Translations under genes and position numbers: made by a program | The notes under the pieces: generated by a model | Told to the model about the DNA's origin: nothing | The model's input: the letters and a program-made list of their open reading frames with translations, nothing else | Databases searched by the model: none | Source of the DNA: a virus | Lineage: Duplodnaviria; Caudoviricetes | Virus record (IMG/VR): IMGVR_UViG_3300003937_000086 | Span: 1-58,475 of that record | DNA length: 58,475 nucleotides | Direction: 5' to 3' (one strand) | Part shown: positions 38,638-48,432 of the stretch, one piece after another | Layout of the letters: each line of letters starts with the position of its first letter | Numbering within the stretch: position 1 is the first letter of the stretch

Positions 38638-38918
38638 TCGTCTGGTTGGTTGGTTTTAGTGTTGGAGGGCCGATGAGTCAGCTTCTCCAGATCATTAAAG
38701 GCGTCCCTGTATCCCGCATACCAAGCCAGTTTATGGCTGTTCGCTTGCGGGTCTGCATCCAACGACGTAACCGTTGGGCCAGAAGCCTCTTTCAAAATAG
38801 CAATAGCCTGCTGCAAGGTAGGGTCGTCGATGATCTCCTTGAGCCTTGTGACTGACTTTAAATCGTTGAACCAGTGTTCCAGTTTAATGGGAACCGTGGC
38901 TTTCTTTTTAGCTGGCAT
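38622..38918 (-). CDS. Conserved small protein after the portal
   Basis: TAATG overlap with the portal stop; AGY.DA...LE motif. Confidence 0.65.
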   Translation of the reverse strand: MPAKKKATVPIKLEHWFNDLKSVTRLKEIIDDPTLQQAIAILKEASGPTVTSLDADPQANSHKLAWYAGYRDAFNDLEKLTHRPSNTKTNQPDEWTHL

Positions 38919-41149
38919 TATTCTTGTTCACGAAACTTCAAGGCGGCTTGCGCGTCGCGGATCGCTTGCTCTTGGTCGAACTTCTGTTGCTTGATAGCCA
39001 TGTCTAGTTCAGCCTTCTGCTGCGTGATCTGCATATCGACTTGCGCCTTCTGTAGCTTCATGTCTACCTCAGACATCTGAGGCTGTCCAGCACCATCTTC
39101 AGAAATTTGCTGCTGCTGTTGCTGCTCTCTCTGAATCTTCTCCAACGCCTTCATGGTGTTGTTGATCGCCTCTTCAGCATACTGGAGAACCTGCTTGGCG
39201 TTTCCGACCACGGCCCCCAATGCAGGGTCACCGGATGCGTATTGGGCGGTCTCGGAAATGTGCTGGTAGAGTGCCTGCAACGCCGGAAGAACCTGCTGCG
39301 GGTCTGCTTGGCCTTCGTTGATGGCCTGAATGAACTGCTGCAACAGCGGGACGTGCAACTGCAAGTGCTGGCCGTGTAGCTCGCTGGAGACAACAGGAAC
39401 CTGCTGGCCCTGCTGCAACTGCTGGTTCTCAAGATACGCGATCTTGGTATCTACCGTCTGTCTCTCCGACTCTTGTGCCGGAACGTAGCGATCCGCGAGG
39501 TCGTGGCCGACACGAGTGCTAACGATGTCGCGAGTAAGGTTACGGCGACCAACGTCGTCGAATTGGCCACTAATCCCTTGAAGCTCGCGAAGCGAGACGA
39601 GTCTGTTTGCGTGCGATCCATTGCCAATGGAACGAACTGCTTTGGTCTGTGCGACATCTAATTTTTTAATGAATTCTTTCTCTACGCCCCGCTTCTCACA
39701 GCGGTCGAAGAAATCTTTAATCGCCGCGTCAGGCCGCTTGACCTGAACAATACGGCGGACCATCTCGCGCATCAGGCGAGTCCAACTTGAGTAGAATAGG
39801 TTAAGCGTTGAACCACTAATCCTTGTAGCGACATCCATGTCCGCTACCACCTGCATCTTGTTCTTGTATGGCGAGGTCTGGTTCGGACCATACGGCGACA
39901 TCGTATCAGTGTTGAGGTTCAACTGCTGAGTGAGATCCTGCAAGGCTGGCTGAACCGCTGTTCCTAAGTTCGGGATAGCCTTCTCGACGATCTTCACGTT
40001 CGGTGACATCACGGCATACGCTCCGTAGAACGTGAAGCTGAGTTCGTCTAGCGAGCGTTGGTTCTCCGGCTGGATCATAACAGCCGACGCCAGCATCGCG
40101 CCGTCAATCTGCTGACAGCGGAGCCTGTTACTGGTCTGGATGTGGGAGAAGATCCGCTGGCCGAGTCCTCTGATCGAATGATAAGTGCCGTTACTACCTA
40201 CTCCATAAGTGAAGAAGATATACGCCTGTTCAGGGGTATCGTAGCGACTGACCTTCTTGTAGAGGAAATCTTTAGGACTGGACTCAGCGGATATGTAATG
40301 ACTCACGCTACCGTCGATCTCGCGCACCCAGTAGTGCAGCACGTCAACGGTAGGGTTCTGGATGCCGGTGTAGAGATCGTTGTTCTTGATCTCTGCCTGC
40401 AACGCTTCGTAATCAGAGTAGGTGTTGCCGGACGTGTAGGCGCGGCCCGAGGTCTTGACGTTCTCCATCATGACCCGCTTGACCTCTTCGACGTTCCAGC
40501 CGACAGCCTTAGCGGCCTTCTCGTTCTTAATAAAGTGGTATAGTTCGTGTAGCTGATACTGGCGGCGTCCGACCGCGATATCGATTGAGTTCTCCGATGC
40601 CTGCGACTGGCGGGGAATCAGAATGTCAGCGAAGCCGCCGACGCGGAACTTCCAGTCTTCTGGAGAGTCAAAGTAGGCGACTCCTACTCCGTGCTTGATG
40701 AACTGTGTGCAGAGGCGGAGGTAGCTACTGTGGAACTCCGGCCAACGTCGGAAGAGATCCGTAAGCTCTTGCGCTACGATGTCCTCCTTCGGCCCTGCTT
40801 CGCTTCGCTCGCCTGTCGTAGCCTTTACCTCCACAAGACGCTCCAGAGAGGTGTAGAGGTCAACGTAGGCCGAAAGAGAGATATCCAGCAGACGCTGCGC
40901 CTCTCCGAAGTTCAGGTTGGTCTTGAGTCCCTGACCACTGGCCGCTAACTGCGATTCGTTGTAGGGTGCGACGCCGTCGAACATACTGTCGATCCGCGAG
41001 CGGTTCACGGCGGACTTCTCGTCTGCGCGGAGCAAGGTTGCAAAAATACCTACGGCGGCTTTTACATCCTTGAGACGTGTTTCGACAGGCTTACCCTTCT
41101 CATCGAGGCTCCCTAAGTCGAGGCCGTCTAAGTCAATTAAGTTTGACAT
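38918..41149 (-). CDS. Portal protein (743 aa from ATG 41149)
   Basis: Size, NLNFGEA N-terminus, RGLG motif, Q-rich helical C-terminal barrel, position before the scaffold. Confidence 0.8.
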   Translation of the reverse strand: MSNLIDLDGLDLGSLDEKGKPVETRLKDVKAAVGIFATLLRADEKSAVNRSRIDSMFDGVAPYNESQLAASGQGLKTNLNFGEAQRLLDISLSAYVDLYTSLERLVEVKATTGERSEAGPKEDIVAQELTDLFRRWPEFHSSYLRLCTQFIKHGVGVAYFDSPEDWKFRVGGFADILIPRQSQASENSIDIAVGRRQYQLHELYHFIKNEKAAKAVGWNVEEVKRVMMENVKTSGRAYTSGNTYSDYEALQAEIKNNDLYTGIQNPTVDVLHYWVREIDGSVSHYISAESSPKDFLYKKVSRYDTPEQAYIFFTYGVGSNGTYHSIRGLGQRIFSHIQTSNRLRCQQIDGAMLASAVMIQPENQRSLDELSFTFYGAYAVMSPNVKIVEKAIPNLGTAVQPALQDLTQQLNLNTDTMSPYGPNQTSPYKNKMQVVADMDVATRISGSTLNLFYSSWTRLMREMVRRIVQVKRPDAAIKDFFDRCEKRGVEKEFIKKLDVAQTKAVRSIGNGSHANRLVSLRELQGISGQFDDVGRRNLTRDIVSTRVGHDLADRYVPAQESERQTVDTKIAYLENQQLQQGQQVPVVSSELHGQHLQLHVPLLQQFIQAINEGQADPQQVLPALQALYQHISETAQYASGDPALGAVVGNAKQVLQYAEEAINNTMKALEKIQREQQQQQQISEDGAGQPQMSEVDMKLQKAQVDMQITQQKAELDMAIKQQKFDQEQAIRDAQAALKFREQE

Positions 41150-41157
41150 ACTTGGCG

Positions 41158-41185
41158 AGTATATTGGTTTGGCGCGTAATGTCAA
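41158..41185 (-). promoter_or_regulatory. Sigma70-type (near-)leaderless promoter for the portal gene
   Basis: TTGACA-16-TATACT, 8 nt to ATG 41149. Confidence 0.7.
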
Positions 41186-41622
41186 TCATTGGGGTAAGCC
41201 TCCTCCATAATCTTCTCCATCCGCACCCAGTGGGCGCGACCATCTTCCGTCTTGAGTCGAACGTATTCTTTCTTACCGAAGTCCTTAGTATGTACTAAGA
41301 AGGGGTTTCCTCGATGGCGATTCCCAGTCTTCTGGAACTTCCAGACGGCTCCGTAAGGCGTTACCTTGTAATCGGGGTAGTCGGATACCACTACGAACTC
41401 CTCGTCTGGTAGACCGTGTCGGGCTACAGACGGGTTGCCGTGGTTTACCAGCCTGTATACGCCCTCGTCGTCAGTAACGTAAGAGTGGTGTTTAAGGTTG
41501 CTCCAATACCGCTTTAACTTCTTATCGGTTTTCAGGTTGTATACGTAGTCGTCATCAGTCAGGGCGTAATGGGACGCTCCTTCAATGGGTATCCAATTTT
41601 CGGGTATTATGTGTTCGGTCAT
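41182..41622 (-). CDS. Tandem NUMOD4-like DNA-binding protein without an HNH domain
   Basis: W.PIEG...Y.LT....V.N and F..V.DYPDY.VT.YG.V. Confidence 0.6.
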   Translation of the reverse strand: MTEHIIPENWIPIEGASHYALTDDDYVYNLKTDKKLKRYWSNLKHHSYVTDDEGVYRLVNHGNPSVARHGLPDEEFVVVSDYPDYKVTPYGAVWKFQKTGNRHRGNPFLVHTKDFGKKEYVRLKTEDGRAHWVRMEKIMEEAYPND

Positions 41623-41634
41623 GTCGAAAGTGGT

Positions 41635-41714
41635 AAAAAAAACTTTTCTCTGAGGCTCTTAGTACTCCTTTATATATAGAGGGGTACTAAAGGTCCAGAA
41701 GAAAAGTTTTTTTT
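41635..41714. repeat. Imperfect palindrome, copy B
   Basis: Near-exact reverse complement of 6136-6213. Confidence 0.88.
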
Positions 41715-41754
41715 TCTGGATTTAGATGCTGTTTTTCCGGTAATCCATATCGGT

Positions 41755-41831
41755 AAAAAAACTTTTCTCTGAGGCTCTTAGTACTCCTTTATATATAGAG
41801 GGGTACTAAAGGCCCAGAAGAAAAGTTTTTT
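41755..41831. repeat. Imperfect palindrome, copy C
   Basis: One substitution versus the copy B core. Confidence 0.88.
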
Positions 41832-42090
41832 ATTGGGGTTTTAGTGCCGCTTTTCTAGCACGTCTTTTCTCCATGATTTTAGTCTTGTTTTTGCTGTAAT
41901 ACTCTTTGTTGTAACTACTTACACGTTTTTTAAACGCCTCATATTCCTCCGGTTCTAGGACTTTCGCCACCTCCAACTTTCGAGAGTAGCTGTATTTTGT
42001 CTTACGGTAATACTCATTTTGGTAGTCGAGCCTCTTTTCCCGATTCTTCAAATAGTATTCCTTCTTCTTTTTTGGGTCGTAGTTAGCCAT
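41830..42090 (-). CDS. Small basic K/Y-rich helical protein
   Basis: KEYY.KN repeats; ATG 42090 directly behind a promoter. Confidence 0.7.
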   Translation of the reverse strand: MANYDPKKKKEYYLKNREKRLDYQNEYYRKTKYSYSRKLEVAKVLEPEEYEAFKKRVSSYNKEYYSKNKTKIMEKRRARKAALKPQ

Positions 42091-42095
42091 GCCCA

Positions 42096-42124
42096 ACTCT
42101 AGTCGAAAGCCAGACCCCCGTCAA
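42096..42124 (-). promoter_or_regulatory. Sigma70-type leaderless promoter
   Basis: TTGACG-17-TAGAGT, 5 nt to ATG 42090. Confidence 0.65.
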
Positions 42125-42355
42125 TTTTTTTCTAAACACACATATATACATGATGGACTCCGTCCAAAAAGTCGAGACCTACCGGTGGCGTCTCCCGAAC
42201 CCCGAACCCCGAATCACTATCACTATCATCACATCACGATACCACGATGCGTGAATAGTGGAGAGGGATCAGGGAAGCGGGATTCATGATGAGGGGATCA
42301 GGGAATCAGGTGTCGGCGGATCAGCGAGGCGGCGCGGCTTTGATATGCATCGGAC

Positions 42356-42519
42356 TGGACTGGACTGGACTGGACTGGACTGGACTGGACTGGACTGGAC
42401 TGGACTGGACTGGACTGGACTGGACTGGACTGGGCTGGGCTGGGCTGGGCTGGGCTGGGCTGGGCTGGGCTGGGCTGGGCCACGCTTCCCGCTTCCCGCT
42501 TCCCGCTTCCCTGCTTCCC
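42356..42519. repeat. Compound microsatellite (TGGAC)15(TGGGC)10 followed by ~5 GCTTCCC heptamers
   Basis: Direct reading. Confidence 0.95.
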
Positions 42520-42831
42520 TTATCCCGATTCTTGATTATCGAAAAAAGATTCGATTGTGCTTGCAATAGGTCAATTCCTTTTCTTGGCCCTCAGATGCGA
42601 TCTGAGAGCGTTTGCCCCCATCCGGCTACTGGTATTCAATTTCTTTTCAAAACGCGATCCTGAGCGATTCGCTGTTCTGTTGAACAGTGGAAAGGGTGTT
42701 CAAAACTTTGCCTTTATATAGTGGTGTTTTTTGAGGGGCAGCCGGAACAGGAATAGCCGTTGAGTGGTAAGGGATTAGGGAGTTTGTCGAGTCAGAGGGA
42801 AAAGAAACTGAAGAATAGAGGAGAAAAGAAG

Positions 42832-42860
42832 TTGACCAGCAAACGAGATACGACTACCGT
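42832..42860 (+). promoter_or_regulatory. Early sigma70-type promoter with an A-rich upstream region
   Basis: TTGACC-17-TACCGT; a GNRA hairpin starts 8 nt downstream. Confidence 0.65.
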
Positions 42861-42866
42861 TGCGGC

Positions 42867-43220
42867 AGGTTGACGTGAGTCAGCCGCCCAGCAAGCTCCG
42901 AGAGCAACAGCCCAAGTTAGGCCAGTCTGGATGAGGAGGGGCAAGTGATCATGGATCGCCCCGCCAATCTCCTCTCTCCCGATTCCCCGTCGAGTCTGAG
43001 CCGCTACCAAGCCGCCACGATTAAGAGACCTTCGGATATCATGAGAGAAGAGAAACCGACCGCCAAAGGAAACCGACCATAACGCTACAGCGATGGAAGG
43101 ACCACAGCGGCCAGCGGCGCGAATGCCCCACTGGAAACCATAAGATCGGAGCAGCTCTAGAGAGGGTCCGGTCGGAGATCACACAGTGAGGGTCCGCCAC
43201 GATCCCGCCTCATTCAATCC
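42867..43220 (+). ncRNA. Candidate large structured non-coding RNA/leader
   Basis: No sense ORF of 60 aa or more; a series of hairpins from the predicted transcription start. Confidence 0.55.
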
Positions 43221-43300
43221 GCCATGACCAAGAGAGAGCGATTGGATAGGGGCAAGCTGAACGAATGTTTGGAGGAGCGGATATAACCATGCAACTCACT

Positions 43301-43366
43301 AGCAGTCCCGCTTCGGCGGGGCATAGCTGACAGCCTCCGGCCAGTCCGGAAGCTGTCAGCTATGAA
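43301..43366 (+). repeat. 66-bp two-hairpin element, copy 1
   Basis: Identical to 43577-43642. Confidence 0.95.
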
Positions 43367-43568
43367 TGAACTAAATATTGAACTAACTACTGAGCAAATC
43401 AAGACACTGACCGATTCTGAGTTCTGGGATCACTACGGAATGATCGCCGAAGCCGCGACTCAATGCCCGCAATCAGGCATCTATCGATTCGATGTCACCG
43501 AGCTTAGACGCTTCCAGAATGAAGCACATCGCCGCCTATTGGAGTCGATGGCCCTTCCTAAAAAGTGA
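43362..43568 (+). CDS. Early hypothetical protein (68 aa) between the two 66-bp repeats
   Basis: ATG lies inside repeat copy 1. Confidence 0.7.
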   Translation: MNELNIELTTEQIKTLTDSEFWDHYGMIAEAATQCPQSGIYRFDVTELRRFQNEAHRRLLESMALPKK

Positions 43569-43576
43569 ATCCTAAA

Positions 43577-43642
43577 AGCAGTCCCGCTTCGGCGGGGCAT
43601 AGCTGACAGCCTCCGGCCAGTCCGGAAGCTGTCAGCTATGAA
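43577..43642 (+). repeat. 66-bp two-hairpin element, copy 2
   Basis: Identical to copy 1; contains the ATG of the AAA ATPase. Confidence 0.95.
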
Positions 43643-44741
43643 AGCAAACAATACCCCGACCGCCAATACGGTCGATCAGATAGAAGCGGTTGCCAAGGCC
43701 GCTCTCGCCTCAGATAACTTCCTCCGGATACTTGGCAGATCCGGAGCTGGTAAAACCACGCTGGCCGCCAAGCTGGCAAAGGCTCTCGGCATCGATGCCG
43801 ACCGTGTCAAACTGGTCAACTTCTCCGGCAGCTTGCCATCACAAGTGATCGGCCAGTTAATGCCCGATGCCGCCAGCCGCGAAAGCTGGCGGACCAAGCC
43901 GATTGACCTGCCGCTCCGGCAGGATGTCGGCGATGATCCATATCTCATCATTCTAGATGAGTTTGAAAGCTGGGAGCAAAGCATACAGTGTCTCTTTCAT
44001 GGATTGAAGTCGCCGGATGGCGTGCCGCGAGTCGGCAGTCATGAGCTTCCGAAAGGCACGTTCGTGGTCTTGACTGGCAATCGTCGGGAGGACGCCGCCG
44101 CCAGCAATACTGGCAAGGCTCCGATCGTCGGCAGATCGTCCTCCATCGAATGGCTCCCGACTGTCAAGTCGTGGGCCGATCACGAAGGTGAACGTGCCGC
44201 CGCAAGTCCGATAGCCGCCTTCCTTGGCTACGCCGCCAAGGCCGGATCGGAAGTCGCCGACTTCTTTTGTCCCGCCCCGCCGAAACCTTGGCGCGGCGAG
44301 CCTTACCCACAGCCCCGTGAATGGTCCGCCGCTCTCGCAGTGGAAGCCAGTCCGGCATGGCCAGCCGATCCGGCATTGCAGAATTTGATTCTGGCATCGA
44401 AGGTCGGCCAGTCCGCCGCCGATGCTTGCACGGCGTTCTTATCGCTGGCCAAGAAGATCTTGCCATTGATGGAGTCAATCCTGAAAGGCGAGGCATCACT
44501 GCCGACATCGCCGCAGGATCGATACGCCATCGCTCACTGTGCAATCAGGAGAGCGATTGACCTTGCCGGTAATGATCCGGAGGCCGCCGTTGCCGGTGGC
44601 CACCTCGATCCGATCATCGAGCGGGTATTACTCCCACTCGGACCGGAAATGAGAATCTGGTCCTTCTCCGCCGCCAAGGCGGCTGGCATACCATTGGAGC
44701 TTCACAGAGCGCAAGCTCAACTCCAGAACCTTAACCTCTAA
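43638..44741 (+). CDS. MoxR-like AAA+ ATPase
   Basis: GRSGAGKT, LIILDE, VLTGNR; upstream of a vWA gene. Confidence 0.85.
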   Translation: MKANNTPTANTVDQIEAVAKAALASDNFLRILGRSGAGKTTLAAKLAKALGIDADRVKLVNFSGSLPSQVIGQLMPDAASRESWRTKPIDLPLRQDVGDDPYLIILDEFESWEQSIQCLFHGLKSPDGVPRVGSHELPKGTFVVLTGNRREDAAASNTGKAPIVGRSSSIEWLPTVKSWADHEGERAAASPIAAFLGYAAKAGSEVADFFCPAPPKPWRGEPYPQPREWSAALAVEASPAWPADPALQNLILASKVGQSAADACTAFLSLAKKILPLMESILKGEASLPTSPQDRYAIAHCAIRRAIDLAGNDPEAAVAGGHLDPIIERVLLPLGPEMRIWSFSAAKAAGIPLELHRAQAQLQNLNL

Positions 44742-44759
44742 TCTAGAAAAACCAATACC

Positions 44760-45647
44760 ATGAAAGAATTGAATTCAATACTAATTGCCAAGGTTTCCAC
44801 CGCGAAACCATCACTGACCCGCTCACTTCCGAAACAACTCACTGACCTCTGCCGCCGTGCCGGAGTCGATGAGGCGGAGGTCAACGCACCTTCCGTCAAA
44901 GTTGTGAAGTCGGAGCTGGTGAAAGAAGCCTTCAAACTAATTAACGGAATGACTCCGTTTCTCCGAAAGGGAAAGGTCGGCGTGACCGGAGAGCAACTCT
45001 CCAAAGGCTTGGCCGTTGATGAGATCAACGGCGCGACCTATATCAAGGCCGCCGATGTCGAGGGCATCCAGAAAGAGTTCGACGCCCGTAGGTCAAACCT
45101 CGACAAGCTCCTCGATCAGATCGGGAATCAATACGATTCCCTGATCAGGGAGCGACTGGCAGAGATCGGCAATCTCCGATTCGAGGTCGAAGTTCCAAGC
45201 CGCGAGGAATTCCTCGCCGACTTTGGATTCGACTTGGAATTCCGGTCGGTTGACAGTGGCGTTTCAAACGCCGTCCTCGATCAAGTAAGCGGCGAGGTCG
45301 CCGCCCGACTTCGGGCAAACAATGCCAAGGTGCAGGATGAATTCCGCGCCGCCCATGCCCAGCCGATCCGGACCTGCATTTCGGAGCTGACCGAAACCAT
45401 CGGCCAGCTTGTCGATGGCAAGCGGCTCCGGCAGGAGCGGCTCGACAAGGTCGTGGCCGCCGCCGCCGATATGCGTGAGCAAAATTGGCTTGGCCTGCCG
45501 GACCTCTCCGGTCTGGCAACCAAGCTTGAGGGGCTGGCAGCCAAGAAGGAAGACCTTCCCACTGCCGCCGATAGAGAGGCCCACGCCGACAAGGCAAAGG
45601 CCGTGAAGGCGGAGGCCGAAAACGTCCTCGCCGGATTTGGAATCTAA
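44760..45647 (+). CDS. Helical protein, DUF3150-like partner of the AAA/vWA cluster
   Basis: Position, size and helical character; P..EE....F.FD motif. Confidence 0.6.
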   Translation: MKELNSILIAKVSTAKPSLTRSLPKQLTDLCRRAGVDEAEVNAPSVKVVKSELVKEAFKLINGMTPFLRKGKVGVTGEQLSKGLAVDEINGATYIKAADVEGIQKEFDARRSNLDKLLDQIGNQYDSLIRERLAEIGNLRFEVEVPSREEFLADFGFDLEFRSVDSGVSNAVLDQVSGEVAARLRANNAKVQDEFRAAHAQPIRTCISELTETIGQLVDGKRLRQERLDKVVAAAADMREQNWLGLPDLSGLATKLEGLAAKKEDLPTAADREAHADKAKAVKAEAENVLAGFGI

Positions 45648-45662
45648 GTAGAAACTGATAAT

Positions 45663-46959
<1,297 letters not shown>

Positions 46960-46973
46960 CAGAGGTCCAACAT

Positions 46974-47025
46974 TGCTCCCGCCTTCGGGCGGGGGCATAG
47001 TTGGATTGATCAAATCAATCCTGCT
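46974..47025 (+). promoter_or_regulatory. Third, diverged two-hairpin element
   Basis: TGCTCCCGCC-TTCG-GGCGGGGGCA, then TAG..GGATTGAT-CAA-ATCAATCC..CTA. Confidence 0.7.
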
Positions 47026-47044
47026 AAAACCATAGACCAGAAAA

Positions 47045-47416
47045 ATGAATAAGACAAAAATAGATCCGGAGCGAGTGGCCGATGCCATCGCCCATCATTA
47101 CATCGAAACCGGCGAGGCAATCTTCGGCATCGATCTCGCGGAGAAACTCGGAGTCAGTCGATCCCGACTCGATCAATACATCGAGATCTCAGCCATCGCC
47201 GACATTAAAATGAAAGTGAACCCTGACACCGCGAGCCAAAGGCTACGGAAAAGCAGAGCGTATCTCCCGAAATTGCGGGACTTGCGGCGATACATTCTCC
47301 GGCAAAAAGAGGAGGTCATCCAAGACCTCATGAATGAAGTAGACAAATCCGATGATCGAGTCGCGCTCCCGATATGGCGAGTCGTGAATCAGTTACGTGA
47401 TAAACCAGAAAACTAG
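47045..47416 (+). CDS. Early protein with a possible HTH
   Basis: DLAEKLGVSRSRL. Confidence 0.65.
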   Translation: MNKTKIDPERVADAIAHHYIETGEAIFGIDLAEKLGVSRSRLDQYIEISAIADIKMKVNPDTASQRLRKSRAYLPKLRDLRRYILRQKEEVIQDLMNEVDKSDDRVALPIWRVVNQLRDKPEN

Positions 47417-47417
47417 T

Positions 47418-47651
47418 ATGAACCAATACCGATACACACAGACGGAGCTTCAATCGCTCCCACCGTCATTCGGCGGCAATAATGATTACGGTTGCGAGAC
47501 CGTCACCTGCTTCTCGCCCTCGCCTAAGAAGGCAGTCGCGATGGAGGGAACCATCACCCGCTCCCGTGAGGGAGTCGAGGGCGTCCCCGTCCTCTTGAAT
47601 GCGACCCTCGTCGCCCCCAACGGTCGAGTCGTTTTCGACCGTTGGGATTAA
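47418..47651 (+). CDS. Early hypothetical protein
   Basis: ATG 47418 just after the upstream stop. Confidence 0.6.
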   Translation: MNQYRYTQTELQSLPPSFGGNNDYGCETVTCFSPSPKKAVAMEGTITRSREGVEGVPVLLNATLVAPNGRVVFDRWD

Positions 47652-47666
47652 CCCTGAACTAATCCA

Positions 47667-47921
47667 ATGGATAATCCTATCGATACTATTAAACGGTTAA
47701 GACTATTCCGGCGACAACGTGAACTGGAGTGCAGATTCTCGAAAGAAGAGGCTCCCCATGTTGTCGATATTGTTTTACGCAATTTAATCGAGGAGGGTAT
47801 AATCGAAAGCGCGGATGATCTGGAAACGGTAGGGGCTTCGCTCACCGTCCGCTACACTACCCTGAACCCTGAACCAGTGCGCCCTGTAGATGATACAGGG
47901 CGCACCATTCAGGAGTCATGA
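47667..47921 (+). CDS. Early hypothetical protein
   Basis: ORF in operon context. Confidence 0.6.
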   Translation: MDNPIDTIKRLRLFRRQRELECRFSKEEAPHVVDIVLRNLIEEGIIESADDLETVGASLTVRYTTLNPEPVRPVDDTGRTIQES

Positions 47922-48268
47922 AGACTCTTATGAACAAAAAAAAACTGATGAAAATAACGAATAAACAACTCTTGGAGTTCGCGAAGACCCAAGACCCTCA
48001 AGACACGTTCGACCTTAACTCAAGCGACAACTGACTCGCCGCTCAGGCAGCTACTCAGTTGAGTGGCCAACGGCATGGGATGAATGGATGGCATGACTTC
48101 GCTGTCTTCGGTGAGGATCTGGAATACACGAATGTATCTCCAGAGTATGCTCGCTGGTGTAAGTCGAGGCATGAAGAAGACAGAGATCAGAGTGACCACA
48201 CTCCTTTCGAGGACGCAGTCGAAGCTCTGGAATCTTTTGTTGAAAGAGAAGAAAACGAGCGTCGATAA
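47918..48268 (+). CDS. Early protein interrupted by an in-frame TGA at 48032-48034 (recoded or pseudogene)
   Basis: ATGs at 47918, 47930 and 47948 are in frame with the 48059-48268 ORF: ...FDLNSSDN*LAAQAATQL... Confidence 0.55.
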
Positions 48269-48300
48269 TTTTAACCCTAAAACTAAAGAAACTAATACCA

Positions 48301-48432
48301 ATGAAAAAGAAACTAATAGACTGGCTCATAGGAGCCATCATATTCATCGCCTTTCTGGCGGTGATCGGAAACATCGAGGTGTTCCTCGAAAAGCAATTCC
48401 CAACCCCATACGACCTGAAGTCCGATGAGTAA
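48301..48432 (+). CDS. Small single-TM protein (43 aa), absent from the ORF track
   Basis: MKKKLIDWLIGAIIFIAFLAVIGNIEVFLEK... Confidence 0.6.
   Translation: MKKKLIDWLIGAIIFIAFLAVIGNIEVFLEKQFPTPYDLKSDE

Noticed and set aside
42258-42663. ORFs with LDWTG/LGWAG or QSSPV repeats
   Set aside because: They arise from a stop-free pentamer microsatellite that is open in several frames; there is no start context or operon fit
42883-42930. Telomerase/DRT-like idea: the RNA contains GCCCAGC, CAGCCCA and CCAGTC, complementary to the pentamer arrays
   Set aside because: The matches are only 6-7 nt in GC-rich sequence, and no reverse transcriptase is recognisable in the genome
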